Source: Octopus vulgaris (Eukaryota). From it: DNA of 64,000 nt. The notes beneath the pieces are model-generated. The model saw only the letters and a list, made by a program, of their open reading frames with translations. It was not told where the DNA came from and did not search any database. The stretch spans positions 133,796,001 through 133,860,000 of the forward strand of contig OX597816.1 in NCBI GenBank assembly GCA_951406725.2, read 5' to 3'. The position numbers and the translations under genes were made by a program. Shown here one piece after another: positions 1 to 12,643 of this stretch (within the stretch, counting starts at the first letter, position 1; each line of letters begins with the position of its first letter).

Positions 1-33
1 TATATATATATGCATATATATATATTAGTATGC

Positions 34-75
<42 letters not shown>
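1..75. repeat. (TA)n microsatellite
   Basis: Near-pure TA dinucleotide run; a CATCATCATTTAATGTCCGTTTTCCAT RTE-tail remnant follows at 76-102. Confidence 0.95.
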
Positions 76-77
<2 letters not shown>

Positions 78-170
78 TCATCATTTAATGTCCGTTTTCC
101 ATATATATATGTATATATAATATATATGTGTGTATGTATAAATATATATGCATATATATATATTCATATA

Positions 171-1027
171 TATTTTACATATTAAAACTGAAAATGTATG
201 TGTGTGTGTGCGTGTGTGCATGTGGCCTCGTTTTGCGCCAAAACAGCTCAACCGATTTATCTTAAACTTCACATGCACATTGCTTATGTGCCTAGGGAGG
301 TTTTAAGTATAAATTAACTTCGAAAAAATGTCCAGGTAAACAGTAGGAGGAATAAGATTTAGGCGTGAGTGAACAGTGGGAGTAATTATTTGTAAGCTTC
401 CAAGGGATATAACCCATTCCCTCCTGGAAATAACCACGAAGGGAAATAACCCATTCATTTTCAGTATGCTTATTTCTTAGTATTTGAACTATTTTAGTTA
501 TTTTCTCAATTTATCCAATACAACACTTAAACAAGTAAATAGCATTCTCCTAAACAATAGGTCCACTTATTTTGGTTAGTAACTTATTCATGAATATACC
601 AACACTAGTGGTGCTGAGGGTAATATTCTCTGGGAATGCACAAAAGCTTTTTCTCACAGTTAATTACTTTGAATTGTTATTATCTCATATCTGATGAGCC
701 TGTTATTACATAACACGTTTCACGATTTTAGTATACATACCTTAGTATTTCCTCCTAAAATTATAAGGCCTTTTTCAGGGCTACTTTATTTGAATTCTTC
801 CTATAGGGAAATTAATTTCATGTTAATACATAAACTGACTTCCCAATTTGGATAATCACAACTTACTGGGAATTCCTAAAATCAAGAACCTTTGTAAGAC
901 AGTTCTCAATAAATACACAAAAACCATTTTAAGGGCTACATACTTTGTATTATTGTAACTGGATTAACTAAACAATTATGAGAATGAAACCAAGGGATAA
1001 GCCCGCTTTCCCGGGTATGTCAGCTAC
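171..1027 (+). mobile_element. Putative non-autonomous Helitron-like element
   Basis: 5' part has ATATTAAAACTGAAAATG, a (TG)n tract and AAAACAGCTCAACCGATTTATCTTAAACTT, resembling short non-autonomous Helitrons. 3' end has a GC hairpin (CCCG-ctttcc-CGGG, 1002-1015) 8 nt before CTAC-T, a variant of the CTRR-T terminus. No TIRs seen. Confidence 0.45.
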
Positions 1028-1089
1028 TATATATATATATATATATGAGTCGCCATGATAGATCGGTATCCACTACGCACATTTTTTTC

Positions 1090-2232
1090 GTTGGCCTTCC
1101 TTTGATATTGCTGCACCTCTTATGTGTCCATACCTTACACTGGGTGCATCTTATAGAGTTTCTAGCTACGCCTTTTTTACAGATCAAGCAGGGCCATCTA
1201 CCTGAAAGGATATGTGGTTTGTCTGCCTTTCTACTTATTAGGACTTTGGTTTTAGCTAGGTTGACTCTAAGGCCCTTCGATTCTAATCCTTGCTTCCACA
1301 CCTGAAACTTCTCTAGTTCTGATAGTGACTCAGCAATTAGAGCAAGGTCATCAGCATAGAGGAGCTCCCAGGGGCAACCTGTCTTGAATTCCTCTGTTAT
1401 TGCTTGGAGGACTATGATAAATAGGAGGGGAGTGAGGACTGAACCTTGGTGGACCTCTACCCAGAATTCTTCACTGTACTCGTTGCCAACCCTCACCTTA
1501 CTGACAGTGTCCCTGTACATAGCTCACACAGCTCTCACTAACCATTCATCTATCCCTAGTTTCCTCATTGACCACCAGATAAGGGATCGGGGGACCCTGT
1601 CAAAGGCTTTCTCCATGTCAATGAAAGCCAGGTACAGAGGTTTATCTTTGGCTTGGTATTTCTCCTGCAGCTGTCTTACCAGAAATATAGCATCAGTGAT
1701 GCTTTTCCCTGGAACGAACCTGAACTGCTTCTCATCGAAACTGACTCTCTCCCTAATTAGTTGGGCTATGACCCTCTCTGTGACTTTCATTACCTGATCT
1801 AACAACTTGATACCTCTGTAATTATTTGTATCTAAAGCATCACCTTTACTTTTGTAGCAGTTGACTATAGTGCTGCTACACCAATCATTGGGTATGACTC
1901 CTTCATGTATCACCTGGTTAACTATACGGGTGACTAGGCTATAGCTGACACCACCAAATATTTTGAGCATCTCTGTGGTCATTCCTGATGGGCCAGGGGC
2001 TTTCCCTATATTCATACTCTTAATTGCTTTATCTACCAAGGTACTGTCAATTCAGATAGCTGGTCCCTCTGTTGGGTCGACATTCAGCAGACTCTCTTTC
2101 TCCCATTCATTCTCTTTATTGAGCAACCTTTCATAGTGGTGTCTCCAAACCTCTCTCTTTGCAGCCTCGTTTAGTACAAGTGAACCATCACCCATGCGGA
2201 GACATTTCTCTCCTACGACATCACAATTCTTG
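1090..2232 (-). mobile_element. RTE-clade LINE, reverse transcriptase fragment (inactive)
   Basis: ORFs 1524-2039 and 1020-1520 contain KAPGPSG, NYRGIKLL, FIDMEKAFDRVPR, HQGSVLTPLLF, LLYADDLAL and GLRVNLAKTKV. They are separated by an in-frame TGA at 1524-1526. Confidence 0.93.
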
Positions 2233-2269
2233 CAACATTATTACAATAATGAGCAGACGGATTCTTTAT

Positions 2270-2448
2270 AGCATAGCAGGCAAAATAATGCTATGTAGCA
2301 GCATTTTGTCTGTCTTTATTTTCTGAGTTCAAATTTCACTTGTAATCCTTTCAGGGTTGATAAAATAGTACCAGTTGATCACTGGGGTCAATGTAATAGA
2401 TGTAACACCTCCACCAAACTTGCTGGCCTTATCCCAAAATTTGAAACC
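2270..2448 (+). mobile_element. SINE-like repeat, family B
   Basis: CTGAGTTCAAAT...CCTTTCAGGGTTGATAAAATAGTACCAGTT...GGCCTTATCCCAAAATTTGAAACC followed by an (ATT)n tail. Reverse-complement relatives at 44480-44690 and 54835-54992. Confidence 0.65.
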
Positions 2449-2827
2449 ATTAACATTATTATTATTATCATTATTGAACCATTATTAAACTCATCAACAC
2501 TGTATGAGTAATAATAGCTTGATTGCATTTGAGCTGTAAATAAAACATAAGGAAGATTTGTTACAAATGATTTCCTCTTTATTTAATGAACAAGTAACAG
2601 GAAATGCTTCATTTTTTTTAAATAAACATTTAACATTTAAATCTATTTTCTATAAAGTATCTTTTATGAAATTTAATTATCTTTATTCAAAATAAATTTT
2701 AAAAAAAACATTTTTAAATGGCATCTGAATCAATCAGATATTTGACCATTTACAAATTCATGGCACAATGAAGACTTAAACATATTTCTAAAATTCTTTT
2801 CAAAGAAAACAAAGCAATAGCCTAGAA

Positions 2828-3058
2828 CAATGGTCCTCAATCATTTTTTTACCTTTGATTCCTATTTTACTCTACCAGACCCTATGTTAAAAAAAAGCTA
2901 TTATATTTTTTTATATCAAATATTATTAGGAATTGTATTTAAAAAATAGTTAAAATACCTGTGTATTGTAGAAGTGTAAACAAATTATTGCTCATAAATT
3001 TTAACAAAAGCTTATATGAATCCCAAAAGGTCATATGGACCCCAGTTGAGAATCCTTA
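2828..3058. mobile_element. hAT (Charlie-like) MITE with 8-bp target-site duplication
   Basis: Imperfect TIRs CAATGGTCCTCAA ... TTGAGAATCCTTA, flanked by identical GCCTAGAA at 2820-2827 and 3059-3066. An 8-bp TSD with central CTAG is typical of hAT/Charlie. Confidence 0.8.
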
Positions 3059-3451
3059 GCCTAGAAGATGTCTGTGAGAATGGAATTAACTTCATAACAA
3101 TGTGTCTTTCTGTGAAGAGATTTATTTGTTCTTAGCCAATTTGCACACATCACCTAGTTCTTCATTTCAATCATATTCATTGACAAATTTGAAAGCAGAG
3201 ACAAGCAGTCCAATGAAGAGAGCCACATGTCTCCCAATACTATATGAAAAATAATAACCCAATCAGCCGAGACATCTATTTAAAAAAAAGTAAAATGAGA
3301 AGCCATTTACAATCTGATATCAAAATATCATATTTATAACAGCTTTAACTATAAACCCATTAACTCAGATATAAATTGCTTGTGTTAGAAGAATATGTAC
3401 AATCTTATGCAAACAATAAAGTTTTACCACTATCACAGATTATTTTAGCTA

Positions 3452-4022
3452 ATGGACCAGTTACATGACACAGGCATCGGCCACAACTACAATCTCACTT
3501 GGTTTGACGTCACTGGCGACATCACTTGTGATGTCAAGCCAAGTGAGGTTCGTAGTTGTGGCTGATGCCAGTGTCACGTAACTGGCCCATGAAAAGCACC
3601 CTTCAATTGTTGGGCAATATGCAGTGCTTGTGAAGACCTGTCAAACCAAGTGAAATCATAGTTGTGACTGATGCCAGTACCATTTAACTGGTACATAAAA
3701 AAGCACTGTTCAAGCATTAGGCCTCGTGGAGGCAGTGACAGGTGACCAAGACTTCTGGTGATATACTGTGCTTGTGTAGACCTGTCAAGTCAAGTGAGAC
3801 CATAGTCATGACCGATGCTGGTGTCAGGTTAATGGCACCCATGCCTGTGGCACATAAAAAGCACCCACTACACTCTTGGAGTGGTTGGCATTAAGAAGGG
3901 CATCCAGCCATAAAAACCATGCTAAATCAGATTGGAACTTGGTCCCCCACCGAGGCTTACCAGTTTTCAGTCAAACCATCCAACCCATGCCAGCATGGAG
4001 AGCAGACGTTAAATGATGATGA
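3452..4022 (+). mobile_element. RTE 3'-UTR-derived element with internal ~120-bp subrepeats and an inverted 5' segment
   Basis: Ends in GAGTGGTTGGCATTAAGAAGGGCATCCAG...CCAACCCATGCCAGCATGG...TTAAATGATGATGA, the same tail as the RTE at 26297-27358. Three copies of TGTCAAGCCAAGTGAG...GTAGTTGTGGCTGATGCC-like sequence, plus an inverted copy at 3452-3513. Confidence 0.75.
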
Positions 4023-4286
4023 GTCTATGAGCCACTTTTTGGCTTATGTACATTATTTTGGCTAGTTGAGGACTAGCAATCTGTGAGCCATTTATTGACT
4101 ATTTGAAGACAACACACATTGTTTCTCTCTCCTTCACTTTGCTGTCACTAGCAGCCATTGGTAAGCTGTCTCTTTTTACTTTACTATCAGGTTTGGCTTA
4201 TACTAGAAGTTAATGTAGGCTTTGAATAAGCCTCTACAGAAGAATTTCTATCAATTTAAGATGTGTTATCTATCTCTATTAGAAGA

Positions 4287-4394
4287 CACTTCGGGAAGTG
4301 TCTTCTACTATAGCCTCGGGCCAACCAAAGCCTTGGGAGTGGATTTGGTAGACAGAAACTTAAAGAAGTCCATCATATATGTATGTATATGTGT

Positions 4395-4433
<39 letters not shown>

Positions 4434-4643
4434 TGTGTATTTGTGTCTGTGTTTGTATATTTGTACCCCCACTATCACTTGACTACCAATGTTGGTGTGT
4501 TTACATCCCCGTAACTTAGTGGTTCAGCAATAGAGACCAATAGAAAAAGTACTAGGTTTACAAAGAACAAGTCCTATTCGTTCGACTAAAGGTGGTGCTC
4601 CAGCATGGCTGCAGTCAAATGACTGAAACAAGTAAAAGAATAA
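4287..4643 (+). mobile_element. CORE-type tRNA-SINE (OR1/OR2-like, family A), 5'-truncated
   Basis: AAGTGTCTTCTACTATAGCCTCGGGCCAACCAAAGCCTTG, internal (TG)n, and 3' GGTGCTCCAGCATGGCTGCAGTCAAATGACTGAAACAAGTAAAAG. At least 7 relatives in the window. Confidence 0.8.
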
Positions 4644-5720
4644 TCTACCAGTACACATTTTAATTTTACAAAACAAAACTGAACATTTATAAACACTATT
4701 TCCCAACAGATTATTCTTGAAATCATAGATATGCTCCAAAAGACTTTTTTTTTACACCACACGTTATCTAACAAACTTACATTTGAACATGCTTACAAAC
4801 ACTTTTTTTAAATACTACCTTGATTAATGTTGTAAATTATGACCTGTTATATACTTGACTGAATGAATTTTGTCCTATTTCAAATCTACAATCACAAATT
4901 ATATGCTGTTTGACATTGCACTATTCTACCAACAAGATTGAAAAGTAAAAATTTATCAATAAACCATTATTGCTTTATACTCTCTGCAATCACCTTTTAA
5001 TTTCCTACAAATGTATATATGAAGAAAGTATTTATTTACCAATTAGTGATAATAAGAGAGCTTAAAGAAAAGGAGGAGCCAGTCAGTATTTTTCTATGCT
5101 GATATTGTTTCAATAGGTCTGCATGCAATACAGCACTTTTAGACACCTCCATGAAACTCAATGTTCACAGATTTGTCCTAACACCTCTCCTCGAGCATTT
5201 CATACACACATTTTCCAATACCAACTCATGACAAATTCACTTACTATGTACCTCTTATATACATTATATGTTCAGGCTAACAATGTTGTCACTCATACTA
5301 ATATCTTTTATGATTAATGACTTCCTCAAATCACTTGTACTGACATTATTACATAAGTTAATATTCCACATCACACTCAGTTCCTTCCAATTTAAATACT
5401 AATATATATCTATGATTCACTGCTATATAGCATTGCTTTCTTCCTTATACATGCTGTACAGTCTAATTTCAATGACAGATGGATTTGCTTCCCAAAAAAG
5501 GTTGTGGTTCTTCAAACTTCTACTCTAAATTTAACATATATATATATATATATATATCTTAGTATTTGCAAGCTTATATAACTTGATAACGTTTCTATTC
5601 TTCAAGACAAGTATTTGAGACAGCATGCACAAGTGTGTATGTGTGTGTGTGTGCGCGCGTATGCGTGCAGTCATGTATTTGTATCAATTTATGTACTTGC
5701 AAACAGCTGATATACTGGTA

Positions 5721-5724
<4 letters not shown>

Positions 5725-5778
<54 letters not shown>
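5725..5778. repeat. (TA)n microsatellite
   Basis: Pure TA run, followed by a degenerate family-A SINE head at about 5786-5935. Confidence 0.9.
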
Positions 5779-5787
<9 letters not shown>

Positions 5788-6639
5788 ACATGGCTGAATG
5801 GTTCAGAAAATATGCAACCACATTTCAAATTTGGTCTAACTGCATAGCATTATGGTGAAATATTTTCTTCAATAGCAAGACTAACCAATGCCTTATCTGT
5901 GAACTTGGTAGGTAGAAACTGTAAGGAACCATTATATGTTCTTTGCATGTTTTGGTGGTCTTTCAATTACACAAGCTAGACACATCACCTGACTGTATTA
6001 AAAATGGATGAATACACTCAATAATTCAGTCCTGGTGATATTATGCCAAAAATGTAAACAGGATGATTACAGCTAGAATGCCACTTGATGATAATATTTG
6101 TCACAGGAAGCCTTTGTAACAATTAATTAATAGTGTTATTAAACCGCTTACTGAGAATAAAATTTTTTTTGTACAATCATACACAAAACAGAGCAGATTT
6201 TCTATCAATATATTTTCCTTTTAAATCACATATGTACACGCATATACACATACATACATAGTATTAATAAAATAAAGAAAACATATTTGGTATTTTAAGT
6301 GGACACCCATGAGATAAGAAATGGCACTAAATAATTGTGATATATTATTATTGCATATTTTGAAAACATAAACCCTATATCATAGGGAAATGTGCTATTA
6401 AAAAAAGGTGGAAAAAAAGAAAGACAAACAAATCAACTTTCATCGACCAGTAACTATTGAATTTATAGATTGCTTAATCAATTTCCCAGATATTAGTTGC
6501 TAATATGAATAGAGTAATTATCTGCCATCTGCTTCTCTTACTATGTCTCTCAATATCTCTCTATATTCCCCACTCTTGTTCATTTGATGCCGTTAACACA
6601 AGCTTCTCTCTCTTTCTTTCTGAGTTGCTTTTGACACTG

Positions 6640-7450
6640 TTGATGCACTGTTGCTTGACCTGGCATCCACATGTTTTCATGTGCCTTAGTGCTGCATTAT
6701 GTAATATCCTCTTGTTGTATATAGGTCAGGCAAAAAAACCTAGAGATCAATTCTTCCTTTTGTTTTGGAAGGGAAGGGTGGCAGTATATTGTGCTATGCA
6801 TCTAAATACCACATTAGGTGAAAACAGTGATTTTGTATTTAACATCAGCAAACAGGACCATACCAATTTTGTTTCCTTCAACAGCACAAGACAAAATAAC
6901 TACACATATAATAAAAAAAAAAATCCTACCCTTTCTCTTAAACATCACCAACATGCAACCAGATCACCTCAAAGTTACAACAAATGCTGGTCTTTCTCTT
7001 GGTGATAGAATATTCTAAACATAGCAAAGTCTGCATTATACAGGCTGGTTTTTCTCTTCAGGGTCAGAAAATACTTTGACTCCCAATAATTACTAAACCT
7101 ATACAGAATATTGTTCCTTCAAAAGGCATGGTACTGCTAGCAGACATCATTTATAGAAAATTCACTCAACTTATTCATATGAAGTCACCAGTATGCTGGC
7201 CTACAGATATGCTGTCTCTCATTACCATTCCCACTATTACAATGGTGGCTTCTGTTCCTCAGCTAGCTGGTTTGTACCCCTTCAACCAGAGATTCCCAAT
7301 TTATTCTCAACTTGTTGTTCATATTGTATTTCCCACTCAGATGCCATATACACTCCTACATCATTCCTCCCTTCTCAGGACATTAGTGCCTGTAGAATTC
7401 CCTTAGCAGCCATCAACTTACAACCATTCATTAACCATGTTAGTCTCAAC
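6640..7450 (+). mobile_element. Possible highly decayed Penelope-like (GIY-YIG) remnant
   Basis: ORF 6505-7005 includes VFMCLSAALCNILLLYIGQAKKPRDQF, resembling the PLE endonuclease motif NVIYCI.C..C..LYIGQT.R.L..RF. The remainder is too degenerate to confirm. Confidence 0.3.
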
Positions 7451-7551
7451 AGTATCAGCCTTCATCCAGACCAACCTAATGAAAAAAAATTTTTTTTTTA
7501 TTTAAAAATATTAAGAGCATCTGCCTAAAATAATGAGTCTGTATTTGCACC

Positions 7552-7880
7552 TCATCATCACCATCATTGCGTAATGTCTGCTTTCCATGCTGGCATGGGT
7601 TGGATGGTTTGACTGAAAACTGATAAGCTGCAGGGTTGCACCAGGTTCCAATTTGATTTGTCAAGGTTTCTACAGCTAGATGCCCTTCCTTATGCCAACC
7701 ACTCTGATAGTGTAGTGGGCATTTTTTACATGCAACCGGGTGCCATTGACCTGACACCGGCATCAGCCATGACTATGGTCTCACTTAGCTTGACAGGTCA
7801 ACACAAGCACGGTATATCACCAAGGGTCTTGGTCACCTGTCACTGTCTCCATGAAGCCCAGCACTTGACTGTTGCTTTTT
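7552..7880 (-). mobile_element. RTE 3'-tail element
   Basis: CATCATCA...CTTTCCATGCTGGCATGGGTTGGATGGTTTGACTG...GATGCCCTTCCTTATGCCAACCACTC is the reverse complement of the shared RTE tail. Confidence 0.8.
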
Positions 7881-8099
7881 ACCCTAGCTGCAACTTTACA
7901 ACATATGTCTCACAGGTTTCCACAATGAGAGCTGACAGGAACTAAACAACATGTTACATGCTAAGTGAATGGCTAATAGTAACACCAACTCAACTTGAAA
8001 CTTACAACTATTCTTAAAAAGTCTAAAGCTGTCCCTGTCCATGTTTTTAATTGCTTTCTCTCTACAATTGGACCCTCTGTAATTCTACTGAGAATATCC

Positions 8100-8870
8100 C
8101 ATTTTCCTTATTCTCTGTTTAATAAACAGAGATCCACTGCATCATAGAAAAAGTATGTTCCAGAAAATCTTGTAACTTGCAACTCTGTAATATGAAACTC
8201 ATTTTCTATCAGCTTCCAAGTTACAAGGAACTTGATGAACATAGAAATCAATGAGAAATACATTTCACATAACAAAATTCCACATTAGGGCAAGATTTTC
8301 AGTACAATGCTTCTGTAACAAGGGTGATGCCTGTATTGAAGATCTCTTTCTTTTCATTGAATGTCATTACAGTGACACTTCATCACAATCATAACTTGGC
8401 TACTCAATTTTAACTCTCCTTGAAATATTTAAAAGAATATAAACAGGTTTTCTCATGCAGATCCAGAATTTAACATTCTGGTTCAAATGTCTCACACAGT
8501 TGTATTTTTTAACATCTCATCCTAAATACTATGAATCTGTAGTAATGAAGCATCTAACATGATGAAGTAGACTTTGAAGATGATGGTTAGATGGTAACGA
8601 TGTCCAGTTACTTTGTATGGAGACATAGGAGAATTCATTACATTTGGCAACTGTAGGCATCACAAATGAGAAGTAAATATTAGAAAAGCCGTAGTACAGA
8701 AAATATAGTTGGAGACAAAAGTAAGAAATGCGTTGATTTTTGCAGTTAAGGTACTGCCAACAAAGATACTTGGGCTGAAAAGTGTAAGGTAAGATTATTG
8801 ACCAAAATTGGTATAGAGGAACTTGGCAAGAAGCCAGAATGCAAGTCTTAAGCGACTGCATATGAACATT
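8100..8870 (-). mobile_element. Ancient LINE RT remnant (CR1/Jockey-like)
   Basis: Minus-strand sequence near 8570-8720 resembles the decayed LFQL...VMP..K...SNYRPI..TSIISKV region at the start of a LINE RT. Many stops. Confidence 0.3.
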
Positions 8871-11240
8871 ATCAATTTACTTTATAAGCTTTATTTGTTT
8901 TGTTTTGTTTATTTTTTTTAAGAAGCGATCTCATTTAGTTGTTCCCATTAAAAGATAGTTAACATTACATAAAAGGTCACTTACAATTAGAGAACAAAAG
9001 CATTCCAGCTGTATTAAAAGAGAAAACTATATGTTTTCTCTCTTAACATGGCTACTTTGGAATGGCTATTACATATTGCCAGGTTCATGACAAAATCCAA
9101 ATGTTGAGATGCTTTAAATAATCTATTATTTTTTTATAGCTAGAACTGACAATCTGATTTAGAGGCAGAAAGCCTGTTTTGATATTTACAGAACCTAATT
9201 TCAGTATCTTATGCTCTACAGCTGAATGAAATACTATTGTAAATGAAATATTATTGTAAAGAAAGTTAATTATACCAAAAAAAATTTATTTTGTTATATC
9301 TTTTCTTTTATTTTTTAGTTTTAATCTAACATTTTAATTTAATGTTATTGCAGCAAATAAAATCCTCTACTACACATTATTGCTCAAGAAATGAGAAATG
9401 CTGAAACATCTGCAAGAAATGAGCAAACGGCTGTGACCATGCTGGAGCACTGCCAGTTATAGTTTACATAATTTTAATAAAGCCCATTATACAGAAGTAC
9501 ATGATAAATGCTTGAGATAAAGTCAAAATGAAAACAAAAAAATTTGCCCAGCAACGTTTTTATTGCAAAGGGAAATTAGTAACATTCTTTTAGGGCATCT
9601 AAAAACAGGCATGAAAATGACAAACACATAGCTGAGACCCCAGGAATAAATTCAAAGTGGCTTTGATATTTTCAAAATTATATCTCAGAAAGAAGAGCAT
9701 TGCATAGTATGTCATATTAAAAATTCTAATTAAGCTTCCTAACACAAAGTAACAATATTTTCAGCCATTTACTGTCCATTATCTTGCTAAAAGTTTCATG
9801 AAAAATTTTTTAAGATTCTACATCTTTCATTAATTTTCTTTTCAATATATAAGCATTGGCTGGGCGCTTCTTCAAATTCAAAAACTAAATATTCATTAAG
9901 TAGAATCAGTACTTACTTTTCAGTTAAGTGATAAGTGCACTGTCTGTGGTATGGGTTGAAACTGAATTCTATGGATCTAACACTCCTAAGCTACCATGCT
10001 GTCATATTACAGCAAGATATAAAGATCCTTACACTAAATTCTATTTTGGTAACAATGAAAGTAACAAATGTGTCTCAACTATTCTCTATTTTCAATACAG
10101 TAGTATTAAAATAGAAGCAAACACACTCTATGAACCTGCAGCTAGTTCCTGGAAACCAAGACACAATTGTTCACAAATATATGCAATTATGTAAAATGAT
10201 ATAAGAGTTAAATAATTACTGATAATAAACTGAGAAAATTATGAAAGTAAGGGAATAAAAAAATCTAACTTACTACTTTAAAGTTAGTTTTATACATAAA
10301 ATAAAGTTTGGAAGTTATAAAATATTTTGAAAATTTGCTTAACTTCATTATATTAGTTGGAAATATCTAATATGCACTGTAAAAATAGCTATTTTTTAAA
10401 AAGATAGGGACCATCCGCACAAGTATTAGATGACAGCTACTTAATAAGAACTATTTCAAACAGGTAAAGCAGAAGAGCAAGTATATAATTAAGAAAAGTA
10501 CCTTCATGCACACTACATAAACACCATACTTAGTGACTATAGAATGCCATGAATTATGAGTGGTATATTACATTGCCTAACAAGAAAGAAGCATTTCCTG
10601 CTTGCTTTGACTTAGGAGCCATATCCAGATAAAACCAACTAGTGTGTGAGTGGGAGTATTTGTGTGTATTATAAAGAATAGTTGAAATAAACAGGTGTCT
10701 TGTTTCTTACTATATATTTTTTTACACTGACTATAAGAAAAGAAAATGTTACATTTTGTTATCTTAACAGCTAACTAGATTTCATCTCCTTCTATGATAT
10801 GAAAGTTGTCTGTTTATATTTATGCATTAATGACTAGGAATATTTTAACATTACAATCAGGCAATATATGAAGTGTATTTCTACCTCCAAGATCAATTTA
10901 GATACTCAGCATAGTTTATTTTCACTAAGTCAAATTGCTATTATTTAATCTGAAGCAGACCACTCACTGGAATGGCATATATGCAGCATAAATGGGAAAT
11001 AAACTCTTCAGATTACAGTAGAGATAGTTTTCGGAAGATACATGAAAATTAGAATGTCTTTCAACAACATACAAAGCTGTTTTTCTAAGTTAATTCAACT
11101 GACACCAGTATTTTACTGGCATTATTTTACTGAAACCCAGAGATAAGGAAATGCTTTAATGGCATTTTAATACAAAACAAAAAAAATATTTGTAGCAGAT
11201 ACCAACCCAATCAAAGTCAGTAAGGAAAAATTAAATTTAA

Positions 11241-11457
11241 TTTTTTCGCATTTAAACCGGCCATATCTGGCCAAAATGTTCTACCCATTTTATGTTCACT
11301 GGCCAGATTTGGCTTCTCACACCTATCCTATAATGTTATTGCAAATATAAACAATCACATCATCAAAATCTGAAAGCTACGAGTTAATGCATAATAAATT
11401 CAAACAATATGAATAAATCAATATTACATTTGACAGGATGATCTGAATGCTAAAGGG
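11241..11457. mobile_element. TTAA-target (piggyBac-like) MITE, family C
   Basis: Flanked by TTAA; right end is GAATGCTAAAGGG-TTAA. Homologous throughout to 32340-32552 and 53745-53950. Confidence 0.75.
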
Positions 11458-12574
11458 TTAAACCAATAATGACGACTAGGTAGAGTCAATGAAAAAATAT
11501 TTTAACCTACAAATAAATCTTAACTTTTTTTCCCTCTCCTTTTAAAGCTTTGCATCCCTTCACATAAACTCCAAGACTCCATTTTATTTTTAATTTCTAT
11601 TCATAAATCAAAATAATTTTCATCAACTATTACAGGCTGAAAAAAATTCAAGAAAAAGATAAGTTAATCAGCTTTGTCCACATTTATATTACTACTATTA
11701 GGAAAAATATATTACAAATATGACAAAAACTGAGTTAATTTGATGATGTGAATGAAAAAGAAAAGCTTCATATCGAACTAAATCTTTAGAATTGCCAAAA
11801 TAATGGATTTTCTCAAAAATGATAAACAAAGGGAATTTAGTTTATTTCTCAGCTTGCAGGTTTTTCAACATTCTTAGCAGTGGCACTCTTTATCTACAAG
11901 GAAGAATTTAATTTGCAGTAATTGCATCAGATAAGCAGTAAGCCAGAAATGAATTTGACTTAAATGTTGATTTAAAAAGAACTAAAATTACATTTTTTTA
12001 CTAACTTATATTCACTGCTAGTTGCTAACTGGTGAGATGAGACTAAAAATTTTGATATTTTCAAATGAATTGTTGGAACAAGAATTTACACAGCTGGATA
12101 TACTTCTTAATAGAAAGCACTGAACTGTGAATTTTCAGTTTGGCTGAATTTTTAACTCATAACATTTATCATCTAATGTTACAAAAATTTCTTTTGACTA
12201 CTCAGAACTGAAAGATCCTTGATTTTGTACAAATCTCATAGTGGATAAGCCTGCATTTTTTGCAAATTTCTATATATTGTTCTTTCTCTCTTTCTCTGTG
12301 ATAATTTCTGAATTAGATATTTACAACAGTGTCTGTAAACCTTTTCAAACACAATTTATGTAAGTGGTTTATCCAAATTATTCGTACTTTAAATTTATTG
12401 TCTGAGGTTTTACATAATCCTTTAAATGGTTGTCAATGTCTCTTGTCCCTAAAATGAAATTCAGATATCTGGTCATTTAATATATATATATATGAAGTAG
12501 ACATCAAGGGAATGAAACTGAATGCCATCAATAAAGGATTTGTAACAGTAGGAAAGTAATTAAAAGAGAAATAC

Positions 12575-12643
12575 CTGATTGAACTATTGCCAGGAACTGG
12601 TGGACGCGACAATTATTAAGAAAGATGGTAAATCCAGGAAAAC
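12575..12643 (-). other. Candidate exon (69 bp) of a minus-strand transcript
   Basis: Minus strand reads atttctcttcag|GTTTTCC...CAATCAG|gtattt. One frame is open (GFPGFTIFLNNCRVHQFLAIVQS), but I recognise no homology. Confidence 0.4.

Noticed and set aside
691-724. CTGATGAG on the + strand
   Set aside because: No stem II followed by GAAA downstream.
3530-3830. Regularly spaced repeats resembling a CRISPR array
   Set aside because: Eukaryotic context, degenerate ~120-bp subrepeats of an RTE 3' UTR with related spacers, and no cas genes.
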